From contig JAQGDQ010000165.1 of NCBI GenBank assembly GCA_030141605.1, positions 310,001-374,000 of the forward strand: a stretch of 64,000 nucleotides of DNA. Reading direction: 5' to 3'. A program made the position numbers and the translations under genes. This DNA comes from Tubiluchus corallicola (Eukaryota; Animalia; Priapulida). Position 1 is the stretch's first letter; every line of letters begins with the position of its first letter. Positions 1 to 14,600 of the stretch are shown in pieces. Below the pieces are notes generated by a model. The model made no database searches. It saw nothing but the letters and a program-made list of their open reading frames with translations, and had not been told where the DNA came from.

Positions 1-160
1 AAAAATTCTGGAGCAGCATTTCAATGACTAATTGGCAATAAAGACTAAACACAACAGAATATGAATAAATTTCGATAAAAATCTTACATGCAACCATTGA
101 GGGTAATGATTATGCAAAACAAACCATTAACTACTTGACCAACGACAATTTATCCCTTAC

Positions 161-3100
161 ATCCAATTCAGGATCTGTATCCGTCAGAGAGTCCCACGGC
201 GAAGCCATGATTTTCTTTTGTTGCGTTTTTGATGAGAATTCCTGCATATGAATATCGTAATCACCCTCGTTTAACACGCAGCGGTTGTGTTTGTCGTAGA
301 CCGTTAACTCCGCAGCATAACACTTTATATCACGTCGATCCTCGTCAAACGTGCGCCCGTTTTCCCGAACCGAGCTACGCAATTTCTTAAGAGGTGGTTC
401 CTCTGTTAAATATATAAAGTAATTTGAATTTAACGTTGCTGACAACAAAACTAAGTAGCACATATAGGTGCAGCTAATGTTGCTTCCTCATTGGTCTGTA
501 TCAACTTTTGCACCAAAATATACTCTGTATTTCGATTCTGTATACTGTTTTTAATAACATGCCAATACAAAAATTTTTGCTTTATAAAAAATGTTCCAGA
601 ATTTTATATAAAATTGTTAACAATAACGGTTGGTAAAACGTACAGTAAGTCCTCGTTTAACGATGCTAATGCGTTCTACCAAAACGTGCCACGTTAAGCA
701 AAATTTCATTAAACGAAGCCAAAACATCCTTAGAAAGTAATGTAAGAGTTGAAATACGTTCCAGAGGCAAAAATCAATGCTGCTTTAAACATATAATTAA
801 AACATTTTATCAGTTTTATTCATATTTCTATTGATTAAATTCTTTCTGCTTGCTTGAAACCACCAATCTTTCTTTTTCATAAACATTAAACCCTACGCAC
901 TTAGAGGTTAAATACTGCGTAGTGAAAGCCAAGCCTTAGGGCAATCTCGAGACAGTTTTTTTGTAGATACTCAGTCTGGTTGCTGGTTGTGGGCATAATT
1001 CTGTCACATAAAGTTTGCATTCAGGTGCCTTGAGGCATCTAAACCGCGAATAGGTCACGCTCAATCTTTTAATAGGCAGTCGGGAAGCAAAAACGTATAA
1101 TAACTGTGCTGCTTTACATTACTAGTACGTTATTAGTATAGTATATGAATTGTTTTAATGCTTGAAATATGGTAAAAAATGTGTTGATCAAATAAAAAAT
1201 GGCTTTGAGCAAAATAAAAAAATCATCGTTAAAATGAAATGTGCATCGTTTAGTGACGAACAGGTGTCAAATGTTCAGCATCATTAAAGCGAAATTTAAT
1301 CAGTCGTTAAGCAGGGACTTGCTTAATTGATAATAGTTAAAAACATCAGTCAGTGTGAAAGTTTAGAGAAAAAATAGCACTCCAAATCTCTTATTGCTAC
1401 TAGGAATCAAAGGTCTGAATGTTTATGACACAAGTCAAACAAGATCTTAGAATGACAAAGATCTACAAAGTATTTGTAAACAAAACATAATTTATTTAAA
1501 AATTTAAATGACTAGACTAAATGTTAAAAAACTGATCACCTTATGTTATAATTCTAAATTATTGTAATAGCAAAGATAGAGACAATAGAGGCAGGCCATG
1601 AAAACTTAATTCTAAACACTACGTGCTCATAAACAAGACACATTTCAAAGGTGTATTCAAGTAATTCAAGAGACCACTCAAATATAATGAATTCAAGATA
1701 TTATATGTGCAACATAGCTGTGCTTATTTGGACGTATGTGGTTGACCCCACTGTACCTTTCAGCCTAGTAAGTTCTACTAGAAATACTCAACAAAGAAAT
1801 AGACCTTAAGAACTAATGCTATCACATTAAGCCTTTCTGCAGTAGTGAAAAAATAGCACAGAACAAATAAGTGTAAAAAAGAAAGGTTCATTCACCTCCT
1901 TCATTTTCACCATTGCACAACAGTTTGTTATTCTTGGATGAGTTTGCAGCCTGCAGCACAACTCTGAGAAACAGCATGTACGATTCGACCAAGTGTCCAT
2001 TCGTCAGATTGAAGCTCTCACTGGACACGGATATGGCAGTGGTTGTTTTCGGACGATTGTCGTCGTCAGGATTGCACGGTACCTCTCCTGAGCCGACTAC
2101 GACCTCTTTCACAGGAGACGAGACCTCCTATCAAAATACAAGGCATACATCATGCACAGATGTAATTGTAAGTACATTCTCCTCTTCGCATGCTCTCTAA
2201 CAAATGAAAATGCTTTACCTTCTAACTAAATGGTGATAGCATTAAAAACATGTGAATTTTCTATTGAGGTCAATAACTAGAAGCTGTTTGGAGGAAATTC
2301 CATGTCTTTTGGTTATTTAATCAAAATGATTATTGATGTCAGAGATCTACGACAGTTCAGTGATTTTTAAACAATATTACAGTAACAGTAGACATAAACA
2401 AACACCATACCTTTCGCTTTTTGTGATATACTTTTAAAATGATAGCTTCTACTTTTACACTTGTACCTGAAAAGCAATAACATACATAAACAACAACAGT
2501 TAATCATAATATAACATAATATACATCATTTAACATAACCAAATTCTGTGCTGTTTACAGTTACCGTGTTTCACAATATAAACATTAATCATGTGAACAT
2601 ATTTATTGAGGAAGTCAGCAACAATTCAGCTAATTGAATGACCACGGCTTTCTTGCTTATCTTAGCATTTCTCATTATACTGTTAATTCTTCACAATGAC
2701 TTCTGCATGTCCTTGGGCAGATCTACACGAATTTCTGGGAGCAGCAGTATTAAATTTGCATTCTGGTTAGCAACTTACGTTTCTGTTCTGGATCGTAGAA
2801 GCCCAAAAATATGATGTTCATGTATCGACCTTTGACCCTGTTAAAAATCAATAAAGCTAAAAGTTAACAGTAATTTGTAATAAGTGATTAACACCAGCTT
2901 CCACGAAGTATACAGGATTATAAGAGAACTAGACAAAAAAGTGATGAAAATAATTGACTCAACAGTCAAGACTATTAACACTTTTAACAAAATTGCATTA
3001 ATGATAAAGGAAAAATGGCATTGACAAGATAATAAAGAGCAATTTACCCATGAGATATGGCTTGTTTTTCTTTGGTTAGACATTCCAGTAAGTCATCAAT

Positions 3101-5547
3101 TTTGCATCTTTTTCTACAACAAAATTAAGAAGCATAAAATGACAGCTGTAATCAAATAATAACAATTCACAATTAAAAAGGCCCGGGAATTACTAACATG
3201 TCATATGTGCTCACATACTAATCGTGCTTTCGAATTAAAATCAGTCTCTTGGTTATGACTTAAACTGTATTCAAAAGAACTGGCAAATATGTGATTAGGA
3301 GCAATGGACAACATTAATGTCGTCCATTGAATTGATGTCAATGGCTCAAAATAATGAAACTTATACTACATGTAACGTTTAAAACAAAAAGAGATATAAA
3401 ATACCCCGTAGTGCAACTACATTAAAAGTTAACAGTTGTAACAACACACTTATATAGATAATTGTTATCAATGCTTTGGACAAAGAGCCTCAAAGGATCC
3501 TGAAACACTGCTGATTATTGTTATGAACCATCACAGCCTGTCACATATTATGTTTGTTTAATTTTGGCTAGTTTATTTTCAGTAAAAAATTATGAATGGC
3601 TGCCGTTATTGCTATAACGACAACTGCACCTAATCAGACTGCAGTAAAAACGAAATAGCAGTTTGACATGAACAAGCCTCCAGTTTAAAACAGCACCATG
3701 ACTTTTAAAAGTAATTTATAAGTCATAAGAACATAAACACATTGAACAGTTGCACTTTAGAACAACATTGATATAAAAAAGTGAAGTCAAAAAACTTTAA
3801 ATACCATTTTTGACACTTGTATTTGTGCGAATGCACAAATATTTCTTTAAAAATTGCGATGTATATGTACACCAAAATATGGTGTGTCATACTTTCTAAA
3901 CTACAAAGCTGTCATAGAGCTGGTAATAAGAAAAACCAAGCAAACAGCTTTACATACTTAATTATTAACTAACATAAAACAAAGAATAACATACCTAGTA
4001 TTACGATCTCTAGATAGTCTCTGCCTCAAGTACAAAAGGTTCCGTTGAAGAAATATAGGCTGCAAATTAAAAACAACTCATTAGTGTAGAACCTACATCC
4101 TACCTGTATACAACACAACTTGATTTATAAATACCTTATTAACTTAAGATGCGAATGGTATTTATCAATCAAAGATCGTGAACACTCCTCTTTTTATCGC
4201 TACTAAGGTTAATGAGAAAATATTTTTGGAAGTTTTTCTCAGTAAATGAATTAAGTTTAACTATAACAAACAACAAAAATAGCATAAACAAATAATTTTA
4301 TATTCAAAATCACCTTTCTGAATGACCTAAATGGACTTTCTTGTATTTTAGAAGGGCTATAAACTCATCGTGCAAATTTAGTAAATTTTAAATTCATACT
4401 GAATACTTACAGCTTTAATATTACGCTGGCGTAGAAATCTATAAATCTGTGTTGGCTCTGAAAAAATAGACATCTTTAGAAAGCTAGCTTACATAGAAGT
4501 ATGGAAGTAAGACCACTTAAAAAATAATGTAATTTAGAATTTAGGACAGTTTATCTTTTAAAAGTGTAGAATTCATATAAACAATTGCTTAAACACCATT
4601 CAGAAAAATTATCCATCAATATTAAAAATAGAAAACCTCAAAATACCCTCATTTTTACACATTACACTAAGTGAACAATTTTTACTTATAGCTTAAAAAG
4701 AATTATAGATGTTATAACTACAATAATCACGAAGAAAATGCACGCATACGGATTTTGGCTCCCAGCTTGCACTGATTTTTTTAAATTTCTTCTTTTACTC
4801 CACTTTCAGTCATACTACTAGAAATTGCAATGCCTGTATCCGTGAATGCTGTGCATACTAGCAAATCTCAGTGTTATTTCTGCCAATTTCTGGCTCTTCA
4901 GCTACATTCACAATACCACAGATGTATACTTCCTCCATCTGTCTCTGGTACCAGAAATGGGAAAACTCGCCAAAAAGTGCTAAACCACCTAGCAACGGCA
5001 ACTCCTGGTTTACGTATTGCGGCATATTCCGTATTCAGATGAAAGCAATCGCTCTTGGGTAAATTTGCATCATGCATTATTTACACATCAAACCACTCCC
5101 TCTTACCCATTGTATATTTTTCTCTCTGGACAAGAATTAATAAAGATAAGTTAGGCTATGCAGAATTTGCGTGGCCAGGACTACTTTACCAAGTTATCTG
5201 AAATACACCTGAAAACAGGCAACAGTTTAATCTGAAGTATGATTTTGGAAGTTGAGACGTACCTAATAATTTGCACTGCACAACATTGGAATACGTGTAA
5301 GACGAAATATAAACAGCAATGTTTAACAGCAAATGGTAAACGATAGTGAATGATCAAAGCTGACCAACATATTTCTACTGCATGATAATGCTTCACTCAG
5401 TTGCTCATTCATTATTATAGCAGGGGGCATTAACTTACTCTCAAAAGCACGTAAGAAGCCTTCGTGCTCCGCTTGCAATTGCTCTAATTGAGCGGAATCG
5501 GTTTGTTCTGACCCTTCATCGGACTTGCCACGGTGTTTGGGGGGCAT
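161..5547 (-). CDS. SUZ12: Polycomb protein SUZ12, 5' exons only (gene continues beyond left edge). Exons ~5547-5439, 4457-4411, 4059-3995, ~3113-3048, ~2838-2779, ~2466-2411, ~2128-1893, ~403-161
   Basis: Manually spliced GT-AG exons give [58 protein letters not shown], VPCNP...SYMLFLRV and AELTVYDKHNRCVLNEGDYDIHMQE. These match my recollection of SUZ12 N-terminal motifs, in the same order. Confidence 0.92.
641..1322. mobile_element. Degenerate Tc1/mariner-type MITE in a SUZ12 intron
   Basis: Imperfect terminal inverted repeats (tacagtaagtcctcgtttaacga ... tcgttaagcagggacttgc). Related ends occur at ~55378 and ~58455-58610. Confidence 0.5.
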
Positions 5548-5727
5548 TTTTGTTCATAACGAACAATTTTTATTGAATTTTAATTTAAAACTGCTAACAA
5601 AACACACAAAAGCTCATTTTGGAAACGGAAACAGCGATGTTAGCGCCGCCTTACATTCAAAACGAAAGCACACTCAGAAATATGTGTTTTTTCAACGACC
5701 GCTACACCTTTTAAGTTCACCCGGAAA

Positions 5728-6006
5728 AAGCGTACGCAGGAAGTCCGGGGCACGATTCGGGCAACCACATTTTTTTTGGGCATTCATCAGATTTTACGGG
5801 CACAGGCCCAAATAATGCAAAAAATAAAATAATAATTCTTCATCAAAGGAAATCTCGAAATTTCTCAATGCCGCCAAATGAAGTGCACGAATTCTGGGCA
5901 TTTTTTTTATCATGGGGTGGTGTGAGAGAATTCCCGACTGGAACTTGACCCTAAATTTTTCGGACAAAAGTGACCCTTCCCCCCTAAAAAATCGGCCCGT
6001 ACGCCT
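5728..6006. mobile_element. MITE-like element, with a second partial copy at ~6447-6668
   Basis: Short inverted ends (aagcgtacg ... cgtacgcctg). About 230 bp is repeated directly at 6447-6668. Confidence 0.5.
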
Positions 6007-6034
6007 GTGCGGAGAAGAACAACATTGGCAGTTT

Positions 6035-6447
6035 AAGACTAGTTTATGTTAAACATGCTCTACCCAAGTTACACCAGGTTAACTCCACATACCTGGAACA
6101 TAAGACTAATTCTCTATTCACACTCTACCCAGATTACTCAGGTTAACTCTACATACCTCGAACACAAGACTAGTTTATGTTGCTCATACTCTACCCAAGT
6201 TACTCAGGTTAACTCTACATATCTGGAACATGAGATTAGTTTCTGTTACTCATGCTCTACCAAGATTATTCAGTTAACTCTACATACCTGGAACATAAGA
6301 CTAGTTTCTGTTACTCATACTTTACCCAGATTACTCAGGTTTATTCGACATACCTGGAACATAAGACTAATACTGCTACTCACACTCTACCCAGATTACT
6401 CAGGTTAACTCTACATACCTCGAACACAAGACTAGTTTATGTTACTC
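6035..6447. repeat. ~61-bp minisatellite, ~7 units, same family as the CYP intron-1 arrays
   Basis: Unit ctctacccagattactcaggttaactctacatacctggaacataagactagtttctgttactca. Confidence 0.9.
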
Positions 6448-7149
6448 GGGCAACCACAGTTTATTGGCCAATCATCAAATTTTTTGGACACAGGCAAAAA
6501 TGATGAAAAAAATAAAATAATAATTCTTCATTAAAGGAAATCTTGAAATTTCTCCAGGCCGCCAAATGTAGTGCACGAATTCTGGGCATGTTTTTCATCA
6601 TACGATGGTGTGAGACAATTCCTGACTGGAAGTGAACCCACCTCTGAAAAAATCGGCCCGTACGCCTATGCGAAGAACAATAATTGCAGTTCGAAACGTT
6701 ATGCCCTTTCTTTTTCCTTGTTTTTTAATTGTGGGATTTTTTTTTATTCATCGTTACTATTCTTGTCTTCAAAAATTAATCTGTCCTTGTCAACAGGAAC
6801 TATATATATTGTAAATATTGTAACAGACATTGTAAATTTTCCACGATAATTGCAGCTTTTGCAAATTATGCTTACAAAATGAATAAAAATGACTACTAAA
6901 TTTTGTAATTACTCATTATTGTAATCACCTCTGTTTTATTATTTGTTTTAAATGCGTTTCAGTTAAATTTCAAGATGAAGCTGCTTTCACCACTCAGTCT
7001 TATATATTATTAGCTCAGTAGTTTTAGTAATTATTATTTGTGATTTTTTTCCTTTTTGTTACCTTCACCTGAAAAATAACTACAGCTTGGTTCAAGGGGT
7101 TGTGCCTTTTCTTTTATTCTTTTGGTAAATGGCTAGATCAATTTATTTA

Positions 7150-7720
7150 TCTTATATAATAAGATGCAGTACTGGTGATTTGAAAAACCTGTTTTGCCCG
7201 TTTTTTCGCGAAACTCACACTCCTTATTTCTAGAGAGCGGGAATGTACCTGGGCTCGTACCGGTGGTTGGATGGTCAGTTCAACGATGGGTGTCATAGGG
7301 CCATTTCGATTTCATGGCAGCTGACTGCTTCTCCCAAACGCCATTTTCACGAAACAAACTACCCGATTTTTTTTCGAAATCTTGACAAACCTGTAGAACA
7401 AAACGTCGTTTGGTACAGGAAGATTTGTAGTTCTTTGGAAAGAGGGATTGTGCTGCTCGACGATGTGTATCACTTAGTATGCCTCCACCAGGAGGAACGG
7501 CCACAAGTTAACTGACGTTCCATTCCGGTAGATTCTTCCTTGGAAGCTTCAGTGACGCTTGCGTTGTTCTGATGCCATCTCATTGCACTCTTCTTATTAT
7601 CGGGAACATGCGATATCTAACGTTTAAAATGCAAGGATAGTAAATTAACACTATGTGAGATGTTCGCGCATTGTTGATTATGTAAGTGAATTTGCGAGCA
7701 AAATCTTTTGCGGGACCATG
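7150..7720 (+). mobile_element. Old diverged copy of the non-autonomous Helitron
   Basis: Shares the blocks gttcaacgatgggtgtcatagg and cgattttttttcgaaat, and the terminal hairpin gcaaaatcttttgcggg, with the units at 12095-15190. Confidence 0.6.
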
Positions 7721-8663
7721 GCATTAACTATCTTGTAGTCAAAATTATTACTTTTCTTTTGATGAGCTCACAACTATTCAATATTATCTTGCACTATTGT
7801 AATTCTAAACGCTTCTTCTATTTCTGTTTCTCTCAAAATTCGAAATTAGCATCAACACATTTGCACAAAATCACCGTGTAGTTACACACTTTTACCTGAA
7901 GGGATTTTTTGTTTATTTATTATGATACATTTGATCAAACCTGTATATTTTAAGTTTAAACCATCGTAACAGCTGCACACAAGCCGACTGGTCCCCATTT
8001 TCTACAAATTGTGGAACATTTATAAATATCTTAAAGCTAAAATGAAAAATAATAATAATATGCAAAAACTAACGTTAGTGTTGTCACAAAATTATAAGTT
8101 GTTGCCTTTAAGATTACAGTCTGATCAGTGACGATTATTGTGATACGTGCATTTACTACACCCAATAACAACAGATTTTATTTATGACATAATAATGGAA
8201 GGTGTACATATGAATAGTTATGAATACGAAGCTATCATGATACTGAACCAGGCGCTAAGTTGCACGTCTTTAACCGACCTGAGTGTCAGGCCAGTCCAAC
8301 AGATTTACATGCACTTCATCCCAAGCTAAACATAAATTTAAGGCTAAAATAAAATATTTTACGTGACGAATTTACCAGGCTCATTCATACCAATGACAGT
8401 AATAAAAAAAACATGAAATTTATTTATGTACACGTAGTGCAAGTTTTAGCGAGGAACAAGGCAGAAGGAGTAAACAAATTACAACGCCAAATTCAGAGCG
8501 TAAACCAAATACAGAATCATGCACATAAGTTTTAACTAACAATTATAATTACTTCAATAATAACACAACAAAAGTATTGAACTTCTGTTGCTGATGATCT
8601 CTACTGACGTCATTGCTTATTTTAAGCTTGCAAGTATGATTGAAAATATGATTTTATTTTGTT

Positions 8664-11600
8664 CTATCGCAGAGTTACTTTCATTTTATAAGCCTTTGGC
8701 GAACAAGTAAAGCCAACCACGGGCTCCAAGTCCAGTTTGGTGTCGCCATCTGGCAACTGTACATTGAAATGTTGAAGTATGCTAGTGAAGTACAGGAAAA
8801 TCTCCATACGTGCCAACGATTCTCCCAAACAAACGCGACGACCTATAAAACCAGCAAACAAAACTGGAATTACGTTCAAATAATTGGCTAAAATTATTTA
8901 TCTTAGGCTAGGCCTAAAGACTATACACAGCATAAAATTATATAGAATAAATTCTATTAGCTGCTGCATTTCTTTGTTTTTACATACCTACTGAAAACGG
9001 CATTAAGTTTTCGTTTTTGACAAATTGCCCATTTTGATCCAAATGGCGTTCTGGTCGAAATTCATACGGTTCTGGAAACTGTTCAGAATCGAGCAGTACT
9101 CCAGTAAGGTTGAGCACAATTGGTGTGGAAGCCGGTATCGTGTATCCATTAAATACACACGTCTCAGAAGTAAGATGCGGTGCTGCTATTGGAGCGATGT
9201 TACCTGTGCAATAAGACAAAGACTGGTATTACAGGTTTGGTTACAAAGTCACTGGAATTAATTACAGTTTTAAGAAACTTAGGAGTGGAAAGATTTTATT
9301 ACAGTTGATTTAAAGAAGTGCGAAACGTGTAACAGTTCATGCATTTTTGTAAAGGAACTAGAATCATGCTTTTTTTTACCAAACTTCCATGTAAGACATT
9401 TTTATAGTTATTTATATTCCCTTTAGAATGCAATCATGACAGCTTTTATCATTTTAACAATGTGTCACTCTCAATACTGATTATACAAGCTTCCCTAGAG
9501 TAGCAAGTTTATCAACAGCAGTTATTGAATTTGCATTTAGTAAATTTGACACAAATGGCAATGTCTTCAAAGTATGTGAGTAACGCATCATGTAATTACG
9601 TATCCAAACTATTTCAGAAATTGAAGAAAGCACTTGACATTCTTGGCATTTTTATAAAGCTTTTTTATTATCATAAAGTAGTTTCTGGTTCGGCAAAATG
9701 TGAGGATTTTGTAACAACAATGATAATGGTGGACAGGTGTGGTTGACGATGACAACAATGAAGACGACGATGATGACTATGATGACGAGGATGATGATGA
9801 TAATGATGGCAATGGGGATGGTAAATGGTGATCTACTCTGCTGCTTGATTGTCGAATTCTACTGATGGGACAATCAATTCTTGATAAAATCGAACACTAG
9901 TATAAAAATTTACACCTGTCCAACCTTTTCTCTCTCTCCATTTTCAAAATCTAAACACCTGAAAAAGTGTAGAACGTTGGCAATGGATTACCAAGACAGG
10001 AAGTATTCCTAAAATATCAAAATTTTGGAATTGAAATTCGCTGACTTTCAGGCACTAAAGAAAAACAGGAATTATGAATTTGGTAAATTACGGAATTTAT
10101 GTTACCTTGGTTCATATAATTTGCAAAATTTATCCCATTAAAAGGTTTGACTGCTACACAGTGCTCTTACCTAGTCTTAGCGTTTCTGTTATACAGGCCT
10201 CTACATAGGGCATATTGGAGCGGTCGCTGCAACACGGCATGCGGCTTCTTCCGACGACATCCTCAATCTCTTGCTGGGCCCTCTTCATCACTTCCGGATG
10301 CTTCATCATGAAGAGAAATGCCCAGCGTAAAGTTGTGGCTGTTGTTTCAGTTCCAGCGAAGAATAAGTCGGCGACGACTGCACTCAACTCTAATTCTAGT
10401 AAATTCATAATTGCGTTGGTAAGTGAGGCAACGACCACAGCAAATATTTTATATATTATTAAAGTATTCTAAAGAGTATTTGAACACTATAAATTTCATA
10501 ACATTAATTTGATCAATCAAAATAATGAATTATTTGTATTATAATAAATATCATAACATTTTTATCAAGCATCACAACTATTCTACAAGAACTAACCGTT
10601 GAATGTTGTATCTTTAACACCCTGGGCCTGCAGTTGTTGCATGTGACTTAAGTAGGCATCTATAAAATCTCTGGTATTTTCAGGATCGTAAGAGTCGATG
10701 TGTTCATTAGTGACTTTCACTATAAAGTCAAACAGCAGAGATTGATTCTTCACAAAACTGTCATAGCTGAAACAACAAAAAGAAACAAATGAGAAGCTTA
10801 CGACGGAAAATTAATTATAAAATCACTGGCTCCTTCATCACTGCCATGACCTGCTGCTTTACCACCACAGACCAGTGTTGATGGTACAACAATAAGGTGT
10901 AACAGAAACTGTTGTTTCGCCACAACTAACAGTCTAAGGCATCTTTTTTGTAAGCAGAAGAACCCTGGTTTAAATCCAAGTTGTATTCCAACTATTTCAC
11001 GTTTCAGTCTTCAAAGAAGCAGTCAATAGAAGGAATACAAGAAGAGCTAAACCAAGTTTCCTTTACAAATTTTGTACAAGGGAAAAAGTTAATTCTCATC
11101 AAAAAATTTGCCCTTGCATAAAATAACTTTAGCTGATTAACATCAGAGTAATAAGGCCAAATTTATATTCGTCCTAAATATTTTTCTTAGGCTGCCTTGC
11201 AGAATGTTTCTCTTAAGAATTCAGGTTAAATTAAACGTATTGGAAAGAAATATCAGTTTGCAAATCAAAACTAACACAAGTCACCTCTGTCGAATAACTG
11301 GGAGAAATCGGGTCCATGGGAAGATCTCTATGACACCTTGAAGCAAAGTGTTAGAGGAGTCTTCGCTGATACATTTCATTAGCAGCTTGAAATCTTCATT
11401 AGTGTAATCGTAAGTCCTGCCAAGTACTATGGAACAAATTACATTTGAAACGCTATTATTCATCAAAATGTGCACGTTAAAAGGTTGTCCATCTTTCTGT
11501 TTGAGTTCGTTCAAGAAACGAGCTATTTCTTCTTTCACCTTTCCTTCCAAGCTAACTTTTCCCATACCAAATTCTCTGAGTGCAGTTAAAGCGAATTTTC

Positions 11601-14600
11601 TCTGTTCCTTCCACACCCTGCCTTCTGACATCGCCAGACCTTAAAAAGTCGAAAGTTAAAATCATTAAACTATAAAAGTACAGAGCAAATGATTAAAATG
11701 CCTAAAGACTAAGACAGTTCAACACCTGCAGCAAATAAAACTGATTAATGTTTGGTTTTATTTTGTAATATCGCTAACAAGTTCAGGCGTGTGACTGCAT
11801 GTTACTCGCAGGAAGTAGGATGGTTAGACGACACAGAACCCTGCATTGCTGTCTATAAGATTTATTACACCTAAAACTTAGTATGTACTTTTTTGAATTT
11901 CATAAAATAGCGCCAAGAAAGAAAAAATCAAAACTTTAAATAATATATCAAATATGTGCCAACACAGCGCGGGCCTAACAAATATGCACTACGTATTGGG
12001 CTTACACACTTGTATATGCATACAAAAAAGTAAAAGATCAAACAAGATGATACTAACAAGCCTCTGATATAATGTTGGCACGATATTTCTATTATCTATC
12101 TATACTCTTATATTAATATTCTTGGGATATATATATAACATTCAAGGCTACAGCTTCGACGAGGGCACCATTTGTGGCGATCTATACATCAAACGAAAGG
12201 TCTAGATCTAGTGTCGTCTCATTGGGGGCTTATTTTTCGAATGGGGCCCACCGCGAGGAACGGGGGGAAAAAAACCTCCAAAAATGGCCATTTTTTGCAC
12301 AAGTTATACGGCTGAGATGTAGAGAACGGGAATGGGCTGAGGGTGGTGCTGGGTATGGATAGATAGCCCGTTCAGCGATGGGTGTCATAGGCCTATTTAG
12401 AATTCGTGAGAGGGCCACGGGGTCCCGCAACGGGCATTTTCCCGGACCCAACTCGCGATTTTTTCGAAATTTTGGCCAAACAGCATGCGGCAAAAACGTT
12501 CTAGCGGCGAATGGTGGGACTCTCGGAAGGAAATATACGGTTCTTTAGAAAGAGGAAGAATGGGGCTATTCGATGATGTAAGATATATGTTAGGACAGGT
12601 TCACCAAGAGGAGTACCGACGAGTTAATTAGATGTGCTATTTTTCGCAATTTTCGCTTGGAAAAGTGCTGACGCAATGCCATTGTTGTGACGTCATCCAT
12701 TGTACTCTGCATATAACTTTAATTCAGTAAACCCTGCCTGCTGTACTCTGTCTATAACTTTAATTCAGTAAAAAGCTGCTACAGGGTTTGCGTTAGATAA
12801 ACAAACAGTAGGCTAGATGTTATGGGCTGTGTGTTTTATAAATGAGGACTGTGTAGGATGTTCGTGTGTTATTTATTATACGTGGTTTTTTATGCAAAAT
12901 CTTTTGCGGGGCCTTTGCTAGTCTATTATATTAATACTCTTGGTATATATATTTATATATGAGATTCGAGGCTACAGCTTCGACGATGGCACCATTTGAG
13001 GCGATCTATACATCAAACGAAAGGTCTCGATCTAGTGTCGTGCCACTGATGGTTTATTTTTCGAATCGGGCCCACTGGGAGGAACGGGGGGCGAAAAACC
13101 TCGAAAAATGGCCATTCTTCGGCCGTTTTTTACAAAAAATTGCAAAAGTTATACGGCTGAGATGTAGAGAACGGGAACGGGCCGAGGGTGGTGCTGGGTA
13201 TGGATAGATAGCTCGTTCAGCGATGGGTGTCACAGGCCTATTTAGAATTCGCGAGAGGACCACGGCGTCCCGTAACGGGCGTTTTCCCGGACCCAGCTCG
13301 CGATTTTTTCGAAATTTTGACCAAACAGCCTGCGGGAAAAACGTTCTAGCGGCGTCTGGTGGGACTCTCGGAAGGAGTTATACGGCTCATCAGAAAGAGG
13401 AAGAACGGGGCTATACGATGATGTGGGCTACATTTTAGGGCAGGTCCACCGAGAGGAGTAGCGACGAGTTAATTACATGTTCTATTTTCGGCAATTTTCA
13501 CTTAGAAAACTGCTGACGCAATGCCATTGTTGTGACGTCATCCATTATTGCTTATAGCTTTAATTCAGCAAAAAGCTGCTACAGGCAACAAACAGTAGGC
13601 AGGATGTTACGGGCTTTGTGTTATAAATGAGGACTTGGTAGGATGTTCGCGTATTATTGATTATACGTGTATTTATACGCAAAATTTTTTGCGGGGCCTT
13701 TGCTAGTCTATTATATTAATTTTGCTGGTATCTTAATATATATATTTATATATAAGATTCGAGGCTACAACTCTGACAAGGGCACCATTTGCGGCGATCT
13801 ATACATCAAACGAAAGGTCTCGATTTAGTGTCGTCTCATTGATGGTTTATTTTTCGAATGGGGCCCACCACGAGGAACGGGGGGCGAAAAACCTCCAAAA
13901 ATGGCCATTTTTCGGCCGTTTTTTGCAAAAGTTATACGGCTGAGATGTGGAGAACGGGAATGAGCCGTGGGTGGTGCTGGCTATGGATAGATAGCCCGTT
14001 CAGCGGTGGGTGTCGGTGTCATAGGCATATTTAGAATTCGCGAGAGGGCCACGGGGTCCCGCAACGGGCGTTTTCCCAGACCCAACTCGCGATTTTTTCG
14101 AAATTTTGATCAAACAGCCTGCGGGAAAAACGTTCTAGCGGCGCCTGGTGGGACTCTCGGAAGGAGATATACAGCTCATCAGAAAGAGAAAGAACAGGGC
14201 TACACGATGATGTGGGCTATATTTTACGGCAGGTCCACTGAGAGGAGTACTGGCGAGTTAATTACATGTTCTATTTTCGGCAATTTTCGCTTAGAAACTG
14301 CTGACGAAATGCATTTGTTGTGACGTCATCCATTGTACTCTGTCTATAATTTTAATTCAGTAAACGCTGCGACAGGCTTTGCGTTAGCTAAACAAACAGT
14401 AGGCATGATGTTAAGGGCTTTGTATTATAAATGAGGACTAGGAAGAATGTTCGCGTATTATTGATTACATGTGTGTTTATACGCAAAATCTTTTGCGGGG
14501 CCTTTGCTAGTCTATTATATTAATATTCTTGGTATGGGCTTAATATATTTATAAATAAATATATATATATATATATATATAAGATTCGAGGCTATAGCTT

